From contig NC_000964.3 in NCBI RefSeq assembly GCF_000009045.1, forward strand, positions 2,250,001-2,282,000: 32,000 nucleotides of DNA, in the 5' to 3' direction. The notes under the pieces are model-generated. The model did no database searches. It saw nothing but the letters and a program-made list of their open reading frames with translations, and had not been told where the DNA came from. Shown here one piece after another: positions 20,407 through 30,880 of this stretch. This DNA comes from Bacillus subtilis subsp. subtilis str. 168. GTDB lineage: Bacteria; Bacillota; Bacilli; Bacillales; Bacillaceae. The stretch's first letter is position 1; every line of letters starts with the position of its first letter. The translations under genes and the position numbers were made by a program.

Positions 20407-21657
20407 TTAACTCTTATGCCCACCTGTTAATCCAGCTCGTTGAAGTGCAGTTCCTGCTGGTGTATAAGAAACTGCTCTCAGAATCGCTTTAGAGCCGTAT
20501 TTACTTCTAATCCCATCCATTACAAAACCGAGTTTCCTTCTCTTTTCATTATCCACTTCAAATAAACTCAGCTGCTGATTAACATCATCCTCAATATTCG
20601 ATAACGTGACTGAGACACTTCTCACAGTCTTACCCGAGTAAAACTTATTAAAAAGCATCAAGCAGCATCTATAAATATCCATCGTGATACTTGTAGGAAG
20701 ATCAATTGTTTTGGAACGATGAAAACCACCACCAAGCTCATCCTTACTGTACCCAATTCCCAGACTGATTGTTCGACCAACTTTATTATGTGTACGTGCC
20801 CTTCTTGCGACTTCTTCACAAATCTCCAGAAGAACCGCCTTAATCTCTTCACTCCTTGTGTAATCCCTCAGTAAAATCTGACTCTTACCGAAACTAATCT
20901 GACCTTGCATCAACGGAGCACCTATTTCTGATAAATCAATTCCGTGAGCATGGTAGTACAACTGGTTTCCCATTATTCCGAACTTCTTTTCAAGCAGCTC
21001 TAAAGGAAATTTGGCTAACTGACCTATAGTCGATATTCCCATCCGATTTAGGTTTCTTTCCATCCTCCCTCCTATCCCCCACATTTTAGACAAAGGGCGA
21101 ACCTTCCAGAGTTTATTTGGTACATCTTCATATCTCCAACGTGCAATGCCACTCTTTGTTTTCTTACTCTCCAGGTCAAGTGCAAGCTTACTGAGTAGCA
21201 TATTGTCTCCAATACCAACTGTGCACATCAAACCAAATTCTCTCCACATGCTGCTTTGGATTGCTTTGGCCATTTCTTCAGGATCTTCTTTTCCTGCATC
21301 TAAAAAAGATTCATCAATTGAATACGTATGGACACATTTCTCAGGAACAAATCTGTAAAACAGCTTTGTAATTTCAGTTGAAACTCTGATGAAAAGCTTC
21401 ATTTGTGGATTTACAATGTGTATTCTTGGATCTTCAGGTATCTCAAATAGTCTCGATCCTGTTTTGATTCCAAAATCTTTTTTAAGTGCAGGAGATGCAG
21501 CTAACACTACACTTCCCTGTCTATCCGTATTCCCTACAACAGCAAGATAGCATGTTAAAGGGTTAAGCCCCATTGTTACAGCCGATACAGAAGCATAAAA
21601 GGATTTCATATCGACACAAAGTATATTCTTACGTGGAAATTGTGAGTAATCAATCAT
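20407..21657 (-). CDS. uvrX: Y-family DNA polymerase / UV-damage repair protein
   Basis: ILCVDMKSFYASVSAV, YSIDESFLD, and a typical Y-family thumb region (KVRPLSKMWGIGGRMERNLNRMGISTIGQLA). Confidence 0.93.
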   Translation of the reverse strand: MIDYSQFPRKNILCVDMKSFYASVSAVTMGLNPLTCYLAVVGNTDRQGSVVLAASPALKKDFGIKTGSRLFEIPEDPRIHIVNPQMKLFIRVSTEITKLFYRFVPEKCVHTYSIDESFLDAGKEDPEEMAKAIQSSMWREFGLMCTVGIGDNMLLSKLALDLESKKTKSGIARWRYEDVPNKLWKVRPLSKMWGIGGRMERNLNRMGISTIGQLAKFPLELLEKKFGIMGNQLYYHAHGIDLSEIGAPLMQGQISFGKSQILLRDYTRSEEIKAVLLEICEEVARRARTHNKVGRTISLGIGYSKDELGGGFHRSKTIDLPTSITMDIYRCCLMLFNKFYSGKTVRSVSVTLSNIEDDVNQQLSLFEVDNEKRRKLGFVMDGIRSKYGSKAILRAVSYTPAGTALQRAGLTGGHKS

Positions 21658-21982
21658 TGTATGTAACTCCTATGATGTTATTCATGTTGATATAAACTGT
21701 ATTGTCATTCTGGTCTTTTACGTGAAGCTTTTGTTGTTCAAAATTTATGTAATGGACTCTGCCGGTGACATTTTCAACGAATCCATTGTGAAAAAGTTTA
21801 AATTGCAACTCTTTGTTAAATTCAAGTGCCTCAGAGACGAGAATATCCATCTCTTCAATTTGTTGATCATCTAAGGATGGCTTTTCAATTTTTGATACAT
21901 CAATCAAATCTTGTTTAAGCTGTGTCAAATGTTCTGGAAGCATCATTGATGTCCATTTGATTGTTCCTCGATCTCTAAGCAT
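21650..21982 (-). CDS. yolD: YolD-family protein
   Basis: MLRDRGTIKWTSMMLPEHL YolD-family signature; AAAGGAGTGGG RBS supports ATG 21982 (110 aa). Overlaps uvrX by 8 nt. Confidence 0.92.
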   Translation of the reverse strand: MLRDRGTIKWTSMMLPEHLTQLKQDLIDVSKIEKPSLDDQQIEEMDILVSEALEFNKELQFKLFHNGFVENVTGRVHYINFEQQKLHVKDQNDNTVYINMNNIIGVTYND

Positions 21983-22007
21983 ATCGCCCCACTCCTTTAT
22001 TGATCTA

Positions 22008-22037
22008 ATATTAACAGAACAAACGTTCTTCATTCAA
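22008..22037 (-). promoter_or_regulatory. Candidate sigma-A promoter for yolD-uvrX
   Basis: Minus strand TTGAAT (22037-22032), 18-nt spacer, TAATAT (22013-22008), with a LexA-like box in the spacer. Confidence 0.6.
22017..22028. promoter_or_regulatory. LexA (DinR) box 1
   Basis: GAACAAACGTTC, matching the Bacillus consensus core GAAC-N4-GTTC. Confidence 0.8.
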
Positions 22038-22046
22038 GATAAACCA

Positions 22047-22059
22047 GAACAAAAGTTCG
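22047..22059. promoter_or_regulatory. LexA (DinR) box 2
   Basis: GAACAAAAGTTCG, matching GAAC-N4-GTTCG, 30 bp from box 1. Confidence 0.75.
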
Positions 22060-22155
22060 ATGTAAATGTTGGTAATAAAATATAAAGGTCAATGATGATT
22101 TGCGTAGTATTAATAAAGGAGGGATTCTTTTCCATGAAGGAGAGTGTAATGGTTA

Positions 22156-22491
22156 ATGAAGAAGAGGCTAATCGGATTTTTGGTCTTAGTTCCTGCTTTG
22201 ATTATGTCAGGTATTACTTTAATCGAAGCAAATAAAAAGTCCCCTTTGGAAGTAATTGATAATATTCGGGATGAATTTGGTATATTCAGTGTGCAAATTG
22301 GTCAAACAGATCCGGCAATTACAATTGGCATGGATCAAACCAAAAGTGAAGCAAAGCTCCGTGAGTATTTAAAAGATAATCTGTCTAGAGAAGCAAAGGA
22401 AAAATATAAGATCTATATATTAAAAGATGATATTAATAAATTGGAGAAAGAACATCGAGAGTATTTGAAAGCAAATAACCCCAATAAGTAA
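22156..22491 (+). CDS. yolC: Small secreted or membrane-anchored protein YolC
   Basis: AAGGAGAG RBS, N-terminal hydrophobic segment, 111 aa. Confidence 0.85.
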   Translation: MKKRLIGFLVLVPALIMSGITLIEANKKSPLEVIDNIRDEFGIFSVQIGQTDPAITIGMDQTKSEAKLREYLKDNLSREAKEKYKIYILKDDINKLEKEHREYLKANNPNK

Positions 22492-22527
22492 AATGCCCAG
22501 CTCTTTATTTAAGCTGGGCATTGTTTT
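22492..22527. terminator. Bidirectional terminator between convergent yolC and yolB
   Basis: AATGCCCAGCT...AGCTGGGCATT followed by GTTTT. Confidence 0.8.
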
Positions 22528-22533
22528 CATTAT

Positions 22534-22899
22534 TTAAATAGAATTTCTATAAGCATTAATTGCTTCATTTCGTAATAGCATATTATCTTTATTAACCATG
22601 CCTAAGTTATAAGCTTTTTTGATAACATCTAATACCTGCGAATCCATTGTAGAAAGGTTTCCGCCTGCAGTAAATCTCAATTTCCAGTCTTCTAAAGACT
22701 TATTCAAATCAAGCGTGCTTTTTTTATTCTCGGGTTTAACGATCGCATTTTTCTCAAGTTTTTCGCAAAACTCGTTAAAACCTATTGAAGATTGCTGAGT
22801 ATTGTTCTGTCCATACCCTTCTGTTGCTAAGCTACAAAAAGCTAAGAATTTTGGATCTTTAGTTACATCATAATTAGAAGTACTAATCACCTGGTTCAC
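22534..22899 (-). CDS. yolB: Hypothetical phage protein YolB
   Basis: 121-aa ORF, 4-nt overlap with the upstream yolA. Confidence 0.85.
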
Positions 22900-23363
22900 T
22901 CTCTTTCAAAATCAATTTTTTGACTGTAAACAAAAGTGGTGCCTGAGCTCAATGCTTTAATCTGTATAGAGTTATCTTGAAGTGCGTCCATGGGAATCTC
23001 AAAATATTTATCCCAGCCTATTACCACCTTATTTTGACCAAGGATAGCATCAGATTTAAACATTTTAGCTGTACCGTTATACAACAGATTCTTACCGTCT
23101 TTGCCTGTGATAACTGTTAACTTGGTATAACCCATAAAACGAGCTTTCACATATAGTTTATTCCCCTTCAAAACGTTTGGCGCCTTGGTTTGACTAGAAG
23201 TGAGGTTATCCCAAGCAAAATCGTTTCCGTCTGATGTAATCCCTGTAATTTGTAGATAGTAGAGTGGTAATGCTTCTGCCGCTTTTGCTTTTGATGAATC
23301 AGTGAAAGCGAAAGCAACAACTGCTAGAAGAGCAAGCAGTGAATATGTAATTCTCTTCTTCAT
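22896..23363 (-). CDS. yolA: Secreted protein YolA
   Basis: Signal peptide ([31 protein letters not shown]), beta-rich mature region, GGAGG-type RBS. Confidence 0.88.
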
Positions 23364-23497
23364 TTCCTAAATCCTCCTTGGTACAAGTTTACATGTTAAA
23401 TATCGTCATTTGAAGGGAATTGTTTAATATTTGAAATAAAAAAAGAACCTGCATTAAGCAAGTTCTTTTCATATTGTCAATTTATTGTGAATTTTTA

Positions 23498-23526
23498 ACG
23501 ACAAGGACATTTATGTATAGTATAAT
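23498..23526 (+). promoter_or_regulatory. Candidate sigma-A promoter of bsrG
   Basis: TATAAT at 23521-23526 with a weak -35 (ACGACA) at 17-nt spacing. Confidence 0.6.
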
Positions 23527-23532
23527 ATTTCC

Positions 23533-23829
23533 TGTACATAAAGTTTGCTCACTCAAGGGAGTCTTGCTCATCCCCTATGAAAGGGGTGGGAAAATGACTG
23601 TTTACGAATCATTAATGATAATGATCAATTTTGGCGGATTGATATTAAATACCGTCTTGTTGATCTTCAATATAATGATGATTGTAACGTCAAGCCAAAA
23701 GAAAAAATAGACCTTCCCTTGAGTTTGGACACCTGAAGGGTTAGGCCTACGCAGATTTGACAACGAGCAAGCCCTTTGATGGGCAGCTTTTGTACAGAGC
23801 CAGGGTGCTACCAACACCCTGGTCTTTTT
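23533..23829 (+). ncRNA. bsrG: bsrG toxin mRNA of a type I toxin-antitoxin module
   Basis: Promoter upstream, 38-aa hydrophobic peptide inside, terminator CCAGGGTG-N7-CACCCTGG-TCTTTTT at 23800-23829. The 5' end is inferred. Confidence 0.85.
23594..23710 (+). CDS. bsrG: BsrG type I toxin peptide
   Basis: MTVYESLMIMINFGGLILNTVLLIFNIMMIVTSSQKKK: 38 aa, single TM, Lys-rich tail, AAAGGGGTGGG RBS. Confidence 0.95.
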   Translation: MTVYESLMIMINFGGLILNTVLLIFNIMMIVTSSQKKK

Positions 23830-23884
23830 ATTTTATGCATTTAATTAAACAAAATGCAAAAAATAATTATATAATTGTATCATT
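23705..23884 (-). ncRNA. SR4-like antisense antitoxin RNA
   Basis: Minus-strand promoter TTGCAA (23920-23915), 18 nt, TATAAT (23896-23891). Ends near a hairpin followed by TCTATTTTTTC on the minus strand; overlaps the bsrG 3' end by roughly 125 nt. Confidence 0.8.
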
Positions 23885-23988
23885 ACCCTAATTATAACCA
23901 TATAAAAATGGTATTTGCAATACTATTGCTTGGTGAATAAAACCATTATTTTATTGGAACCCAGTACTTTATCGATGCACAAGTGATA

Positions 23989-24522
23989 TTATCCATGATT
24001 CAGTTCAAATTCTTCTCTTGTCATCCCAAAGCAAATACCATCATAATAGGCACCTTTAGTGAAAATGATCTTTCTTAGTTGTCCCTCTTTCATGAAACCT
24101 AATTTTTCATGTAATCGTATGGATGGATTATTAAAAGAATAAACAGTTGTATTTACTTTTTGATAAGCAAGTTCCAAAAAGAAAAAGCGAAGAACCATCA
24201 AGATCATTTCTTTGGCAAATCCTTTGCCCCTATATGGCTCGAATACAGCCAAATAATAACCGAAGGTACCATTTTTCCTATCACAGTCAAAGGTTTCAAT
24301 CATACCTACTATATTATTATCACTTTCAACTGCAATAAAACGGAATTCATCTTTTTCTAATTGTTCTTCTACCCATTCTCTCATGTTATTAGCTGAACGA
24401 GGAAAATGTAGCGAGTCCATATTTCGCAGAATTTCATCATCTAACGAATCAAATATAACGATATCTTCAGGTTGAATTGCTCGCAGTGTAAGATTCTCCC
24501 CTGTCCAATAAGTAACTGCCAT
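23989..24522 (-). CDS. yokL: GNAT family N-acetyltransferase YokL
   Basis: GNAT motifs (GYYLAVFEPYRGKGFAKEMI...NPSIRLHEKLGFMKEG). ATG 24522 with GGAGGG upstream is preferred over the 24549 track start. Confidence 0.88.
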   Translation of the reverse strand: MAVTYWTGENLTLRAIQPEDIVIFDSLDDEILRNMDSLHFPRSANNMREWVEEQLEKDEFRFIAVESDNNIVGMIETFDCDRKNGTFGYYLAVFEPYRGKGFAKEMILMVLRFFFLELAYQKVNTTVYSFNNPSIRLHEKLGFMKEGQLRKIIFTKGAYYDGICFGMTREEFELNHG

Positions 24523-24557
24523 TTTAACTTTCCCTCCAGTTATTTCCATACGATTTC

Positions 24558-25136
24558 TTAACTGCTTAGTAAGTCATCATCTAATTCAATATACAGAATT
24601 CCATCATCTTCTTTATCAGCTTCAATTGGTTCATCAACTAAACTGAAGACAAACTCCTCAAACGAATTGGCAATTAAGAAAAAGTCTTTGTCGGGATGAC
24701 TTAATTCATGATCCCAAAACAATATCTTTCCATTATCGATATCCATGCATATTTCATTCCCGCCTGCAGAGCTTGCGATAGGAATAATATTTCTAGGAAA
24801 GCGATCAGAATATGTATCGATTGCTTTCTGAAGACTGTTATGATCATTCGCTAAACCATAAAAACCTTCTAACAATTGTGTATCATCGCCCTTGCCCATC
24901 CATGGATCTTTCTCTAAAGGTTTATAGCAAACGTCATACTCAATCTCATCTGTTGTTTTTTTACTTTCTAAATAACATCCTCCATATTTCTTCAAAAAGT
25001 CCTTATAATCTGAAGGTAATTGATTGCCTATGTTCATTTCAAGCTCTTTGAGTTGTTCATTTGTATTAATGCTAGGATATCTGCCAGCATCAATCGTAAA
25101 CTCTTTCAACTTTTGTTCGATCTTAGTGAAGCTCAT
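24558..25136 (-). CDS. yokK: SMI1/KNR4 (SUKH) family protein YokK, candidate immunity protein
   Basis: LPSDYKDFLKKYGGCYLE motif plus acidic content; GGAGGG RBS before ATG 25136. Confidence 0.82.
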   Translation of the reverse strand: MSFTKIEQKLKEFTIDAGRYPSINTNEQLKELEMNIGNQLPSDYKDFLKKYGGCYLESKKTTDEIEYDVCYKPLEKDPWMGKGDDTQLLEGFYGLANDHNSLQKAIDTYSDRFPRNIIPIASSAGGNEICMDIDNGKILFWDHELSHPDKDFFLIANSFEEFVFSLVDEPIEADKEDDGILYIELDDDLLSS

Positions 25137-25199
25137 TTTAATACCCTCCGCATTGCACATCTTTAGCAATGAACAATTGCAATACTTTTGTTTAATAGA

Positions 25200-25697
25200 T
25201 TATTCAATTTCTATGCCATCATATGCATCGCCTAGTGATACATAATCATCCCTTAACCAATACCAATGTTTACCCTTATTTTCAAGCAGTCGCTGTATTA
25301 AATCTGTAAATGAACTTGCTATCACCTGTGTTTCGCCGACTATTCCATGTCGATCAAAAAAACTGTCATAGCATTTTCCTTTTCGCTGATCGTTTAAGTC
25401 AATTGTTAGGTATTCTCCTTTTCCATCCGTGCAAACAATATACCACTCGGATGAAATGTCTTCTTCACAGAGCTCCCCAACAATAATGGGATTAGCTAAT
25501 TCAAACTCAGCTGGTCGTACTATGTATATTGGATAATCCGCATTTTCATATAAAACTGCTCCACCACATTGTTCATAAAATTCACTAATATCTTTTGGTA
25601 GTTGATGCTTCTCGTCTATTACTGGGAGACCATCAGCTTCAAACAGCCGACAGTCTGATGTAGAAGCAATCTTCTTGATTAACATGTCAATGCTCAA
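25200..25697 (-). CDS. yokJ: SMI1/KNR4 (SUKH)-like immunity protein YokJ
   Basis: LPKDISEFYEQCGGAVL motif; lies immediately downstream of the LXG toxin gene with an 8-nt gap. Confidence 0.88.
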   Translation of the reverse strand: MSIDMLIKKIASTSDCRLFEADGLPVIDEKHQLPKDISEFYEQCGGAVLYENADYPIYIVRPAEFELANPIIVGELCEEDISSEWYIVCTDGKGEYLTIDLNDQRKGKCYDSFFDRHGIVGETQVIASSFTDLIQRLLENKGKHWYWLRDDYVSLGDAYDGIEIE

Positions 25698-25705
25698 GTC
25701 CGCAC

Positions 25706-27433
<1,728 letters not shown>

Positions 27434-27520
27434 TCAAGCCTACTCTATGTAAATTTTACCACAATCATTTGCTTGAATAACAGAAAAAGACAGCCAGAAC
27501 TGACTGTCTTATACATCACA

Positions 27521-28078
27521 CTATCTTGTTCTATAATAATTTTCTGCGGTATAGTAGCGCCAATCCCAAAAAGGTTCCCCATTAGCCAATATATACCGGT
27601 CTAAAAATATTTCAAAGTTTAAATTTAATGGATTATATTCTAAACCACTTTCAAATATATAGAGATAGTTAGGATCACCTTGATTAATTTTATCTTTATC
27701 GATCATTAAATGGCATTCTTCCAATAAGTAGCCAATTGGGATACCATTGATACCTTCAAACAAATCCTCATATTTTAGTTCCTCTTCAATCTCTTCAAGG
27801 CTAAATAGCTGAAGTCCTCCACCTATATTCTCCCCATCAGAAAGAATCTCAAAAATTTTCGCACCGTTATGTAGTGTGATGAACTTCTGATAATCCTCTG
27901 GAAGGGAAAGCTGGTGTTTAGCCTCAAAGCTTTGAATGTCATTCAGGGTTGCTTTGTCCGGTGAAAATGTAACAAGGAACTCCATGATATCACCTTCTGA
28001 ACAAAACAATTGAATGGCTCCTTTTTCATCTAAAAGACTTTTCAAGCCATTTACCGTCTTATGAACAAAGTTAGTCAA
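27521..28078 (-). CDS. yokH: SMI1/KNR4 (SUKH) family protein YokH, candidate immunity protein
   Basis: [18 protein letters not shown]...[11 protein letters not shown] signature. Start is TTG 28078 or GTG 28087. Confidence 0.83.
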
Positions 28079-28099
28079 ATAAATCACCCCATATTTAAA

Positions 28100-28457
28100 T
28101 CAAAGGGATGTTTCGGCATCTCTTTTTGGATTTCTTTCTATTCATATTGGTAAAAGTAATAATGTTAACAAATATGATTCAAAACTGGCTTTCAAAGGTT
28201 CCTAAAGAGTTAATGACTTATTTTAAAAACCTGATTAAGTCAATGAATAATTGGGAAGAAGAGATATTCAACTATTTCAATTCTCCCATTACAAACGCCT
28301 ATACGGAATCCTTGAATTGTTTGATTAAGACAAGGAGCCAATATTAGCCATGGTTATTCATTTGAAGCTCTTAGAGCAAAAATATTGTTTACACAAGGTT
28401 ATCGTAAAGTAAAAAAGAAATTCAAAGAAGTTGAAGCTACTTTCGGAAAATTGTGAC
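28100..28457 (+). pseudogene. Decayed IS transposase C-terminus (ISL3/IS204-like)
   Basis: NWLSKVPKELMTYFKNLIKSMNNWEEEIFNYFNSPITNAYTESLNCLIK then, after a frameshift, HGYSFEALRAKILFTQGYRKVKKK. Confidence 0.7.
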
Positions 28458-28601
28458 CTGATCAATTCCCAAATTGGGGTCAAATAGGCTATGAATGGGT
28501 TTATGAAGAAAACTATGGTGCTGACTTTTCCATACTGACTAAAGCAATGGAGGATGGTTATTTTTAACCCTCTTTTTACACTTTTTCAGATTACCCATTT
28601 T

Positions 28602-29675
28602 TTATCCTTGGTATGAATTTGTTACAAACTCTTTTGCTTTATTAGCAACAGCTTCCCAAGTGGCCGCAGCATTATCAAGATCCGTAGAAAGCTTATTGAT
28701 ATCCTCATTCTCAAACCCTTGTGCGAGTGAATAAAATTGATTTGCTATAGAATGCCAGTTTCCTTCAGTTTGTTCTATAAACTCCAGAGACCTTTCTGCC
28801 TGGTATATTACATTATGCAAGTCTATATTGATGCCGTGAAACAGACTTAAAACTTTTACAACTAATGCAACTTGTGCATCTACACCGTTTAAATTCTGAA
28901 AATTATCAATTCGTTGTTTAAACATTTGAACATCAGAATACTCTAACATTTCGGATACTATATACCCGATTAAAGGGCCTAACTCAGAGCTGAATTTTAC
29001 TTTCTCATTTATCTCATGCTCTTCAAGACTTTCACCCAACAATTTTTTAAATTGCATGAATATATTCAATAAATCATGTATCTCGCTCTCATCATTGTAT
29101 TGTGAATCTAAATAAGTCATTACTTCTTCAAAAGAATTGTTCAATTGTGTAACACCTATGAAGTTGTTACCTCCTTGAAGAAAGGAATTTAGTAGATTTT
29201 GAACATCTTTCATAGATTGTTGATTTTCATCGAGCTCTCTCATAAGTATAAGACAGACCTCATGAAAATCTTGAATAGCATCTTGTCTATCTTGATCATT
29301 GCTTGCAGTTGTAATTGCCCTTAAACCTGGTTGTAATGCTTCGTTTATCAATTCCGAAGTGGTAGACCCAACATTGTATATATCATTAGCCATTTTATTA
29401 ACACAGCTTAATAATTTCTCCAACCACCAGTCACACAACTTTTTATATTCGTTATAAACATCATATAATTTCTGAAAATCTTGAGGTATTTCAACGTTTT
29501 TCGGTAAGTTCAAATAAGTTTTCATCTCATCATTGCTCACAGGCAAACCCGTTCCAGTAAGAATATTAGCTTGAGTTTTTGCCCAATATCCAGTAGATAT
29601 TAGCCCATCTCTTCCTAATAAAAGATCCTGTGGTCCATATTGGGATGTTGCATCTAAAAGATTATCATATTTCAT
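28602..29675 (-). CDS. yokG: YokG, predicted mostly helical protein resembling ClyA/HBL/Cry6-type pore-forming toxins
   Basis: 357 aa, low Gly/Pro, regular heptad-like patterning, central hydrophobic stretch (LGPLIGYIVSEML). GGGCGGG RBS. The family call is inference. Confidence 0.75.
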   Translation of the reverse strand: MKYDNLLDATSQYGPQDLLLGRDGLISTGYWAKTQANILTGTGLPVSNDEMKTYLNLPKNVEIPQDFQKLYDVYNEYKKLCDWWLEKLLSCVNKMANDIYNVGSTTSELINEALQPGLRAITTASNDQDRQDAIQDFHEVCLILMRELDENQQSMKDVQNLLNSFLQGGNNFIGVTQLNNSFEEVMTYLDSQYNDESEIHDLLNIFMQFKKLLGESLEEHEINEKVKFSSELGPLIGYIVSEMLEYSDVQMFKQRIDNFQNLNGVDAQVALVVKVLSLFHGINIDLHNVIYQAERSLEFIEQTEGNWHSIANQFYSLAQGFENEDINKLSTDLDNAAATWEAVANKAKEFVTNSYQG

Positions 29676-29970
29676 TTCTTGACCCGCCCTTTCATATCAT
29701 CTAGAGTTTATATATTTAATATAACAAAAAACCTACCAAATTATTTTATTTTTTCAATTTTTTATTCGATAAAAAAGTAAGACGGGAATCATTTTGTAGA
29801 GCAGATCGAAAATGAAAATGCAGCTAAACTAATTACAATGACAGTCGCCAGTTTTATTTCATCACAAGACAAAATTTAAGGAATAATTTAATTCACAAAA
29901 ATTGGATACAGGATTATAATTATTGATGGTTTACCGATATAAATAGAGAACAAACATTCTAAAAGGGGAA

Positions 29971-30867
29971 ATGAAGTTGAAGAAAGTATTATTAGGTTTT
30001 GCAGCATTCACTTTGAGCTTATCGTTGGCAGCCTGCAGCTCAAATGATTCTGAAAAAGTAAGCACAGAAAAAGAAACACCACAAGCGTCTACGGATGTGG
30101 AAAAGAAAACAGAACAAAAGGAATCTACTAAAGAAAAAACTGCTGACAAGTCTAAGGAAAAAGACAAAAAGGAATTGGTCGATGTTACTCTAGATAGAGC
30201 TGTTGATGGTGACACAATTAAAGTTACCTACAACGGAAATGTAGACACAGTACGCTACTTGCTCATAGACACACCTGAAACAAAGAAACCAAATTCTTGT
30301 GTTCAACCATATGGTGAGGATGCGTCAAAACGAAATAAAGAATTGGTCAACAGTGGTAAGCTGCAGCTTGAATTTGACAAAGGTGATCGCAGAGATAAAT
30401 ACGGAAGACTATTAGCTTATGTTTATGTGGATGGCAAATCTGTTCAGGAAACATTGCTAAAAGAAGGATTGGCCAGAGTAGCGTATGTATATGAGCCAAA
30501 TACGAAATACATAGATCAATTTAAGAAAGACGAGCAAGAAGCAAAATCAGAGAAGCTTTCAATCTGGAGCAAGAATGGATATGTGACTGACCGAGGATTT
30601 AATGGCTGTGTGAAAGAGAAAACCACTGCAGTTAAAAAAGCAACAACATCTAAACCGGCAGCAACACAGCCTACAACTCCAAAGGCATCAAGTGAAACTT
30701 CGACTACAACTGAAAAAGAAGCTTCTTCAGAGACAACTGGAGGAACAGAAACATTTAAAAATTGCACAGAGTTAAGAAAGAAATATCCGAATGGAGTGCC
30801 TAGCTCCCACCCTGCTTACCAATCTAAAATGGACAGGGATCATGACAACTATGCTTGTGAACGATGA
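29971..30867 (+). CDS. yokF: Lipoprotein thermonuclease with C-terminal Excalibur calcium-binding domain (YokF)
   Basis: Lipobox LAACSS; TNase motifs (VTLDRAVDGDTIKVTYNGNVDTVRYLLIDTPE, KGDRRDKYGRLLAYVYVDGKSVQETLLKEGLARVAYVY); C-terminal FKNCTELRKKYPNGV...HPAYQSKMDRDHDNYACER. Confidence 0.93.
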   Translation: MKLKKVLLGFAAFTLSLSLAACSSNDSEKVSTEKETPQASTDVEKKTEQKESTKEKTADKSKEKDKKELVDVTLDRAVDGDTIKVTYNGNVDTVRYLLIDTPETKKPNSCVQPYGEDASKRNKELVNSGKLQLEFDKGDRRDKYGRLLAYVYVDGKSVQETLLKEGLARVAYVYEPNTKYIDQFKKDEQEAKSEKLSIWSKNGYVTDRGFNGCVKEKTTAVKKATTSKPAATQPTTPKASSETSTTTEKEASSETTGGTETFKNCTELRKKYPNGVPSSHPAYQSKMDRDHDNYACER

Positions 30868-30880
30868 AAGGAGATAAGTG

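Noticed and set aside
23602-23817. 71-aa minus-strand ORF overlapping bsrG
   Set aside because: Lies across the bsrG/SR4 antisense overlap; composition and position fit the noncoding antisense RNA rather than a protein.
30516-30767. Minus-strand ORF in yokF
   Set aside because: Antisense to the Thr/Lys-rich linker, no RBS; yokF itself is well supported by domains.
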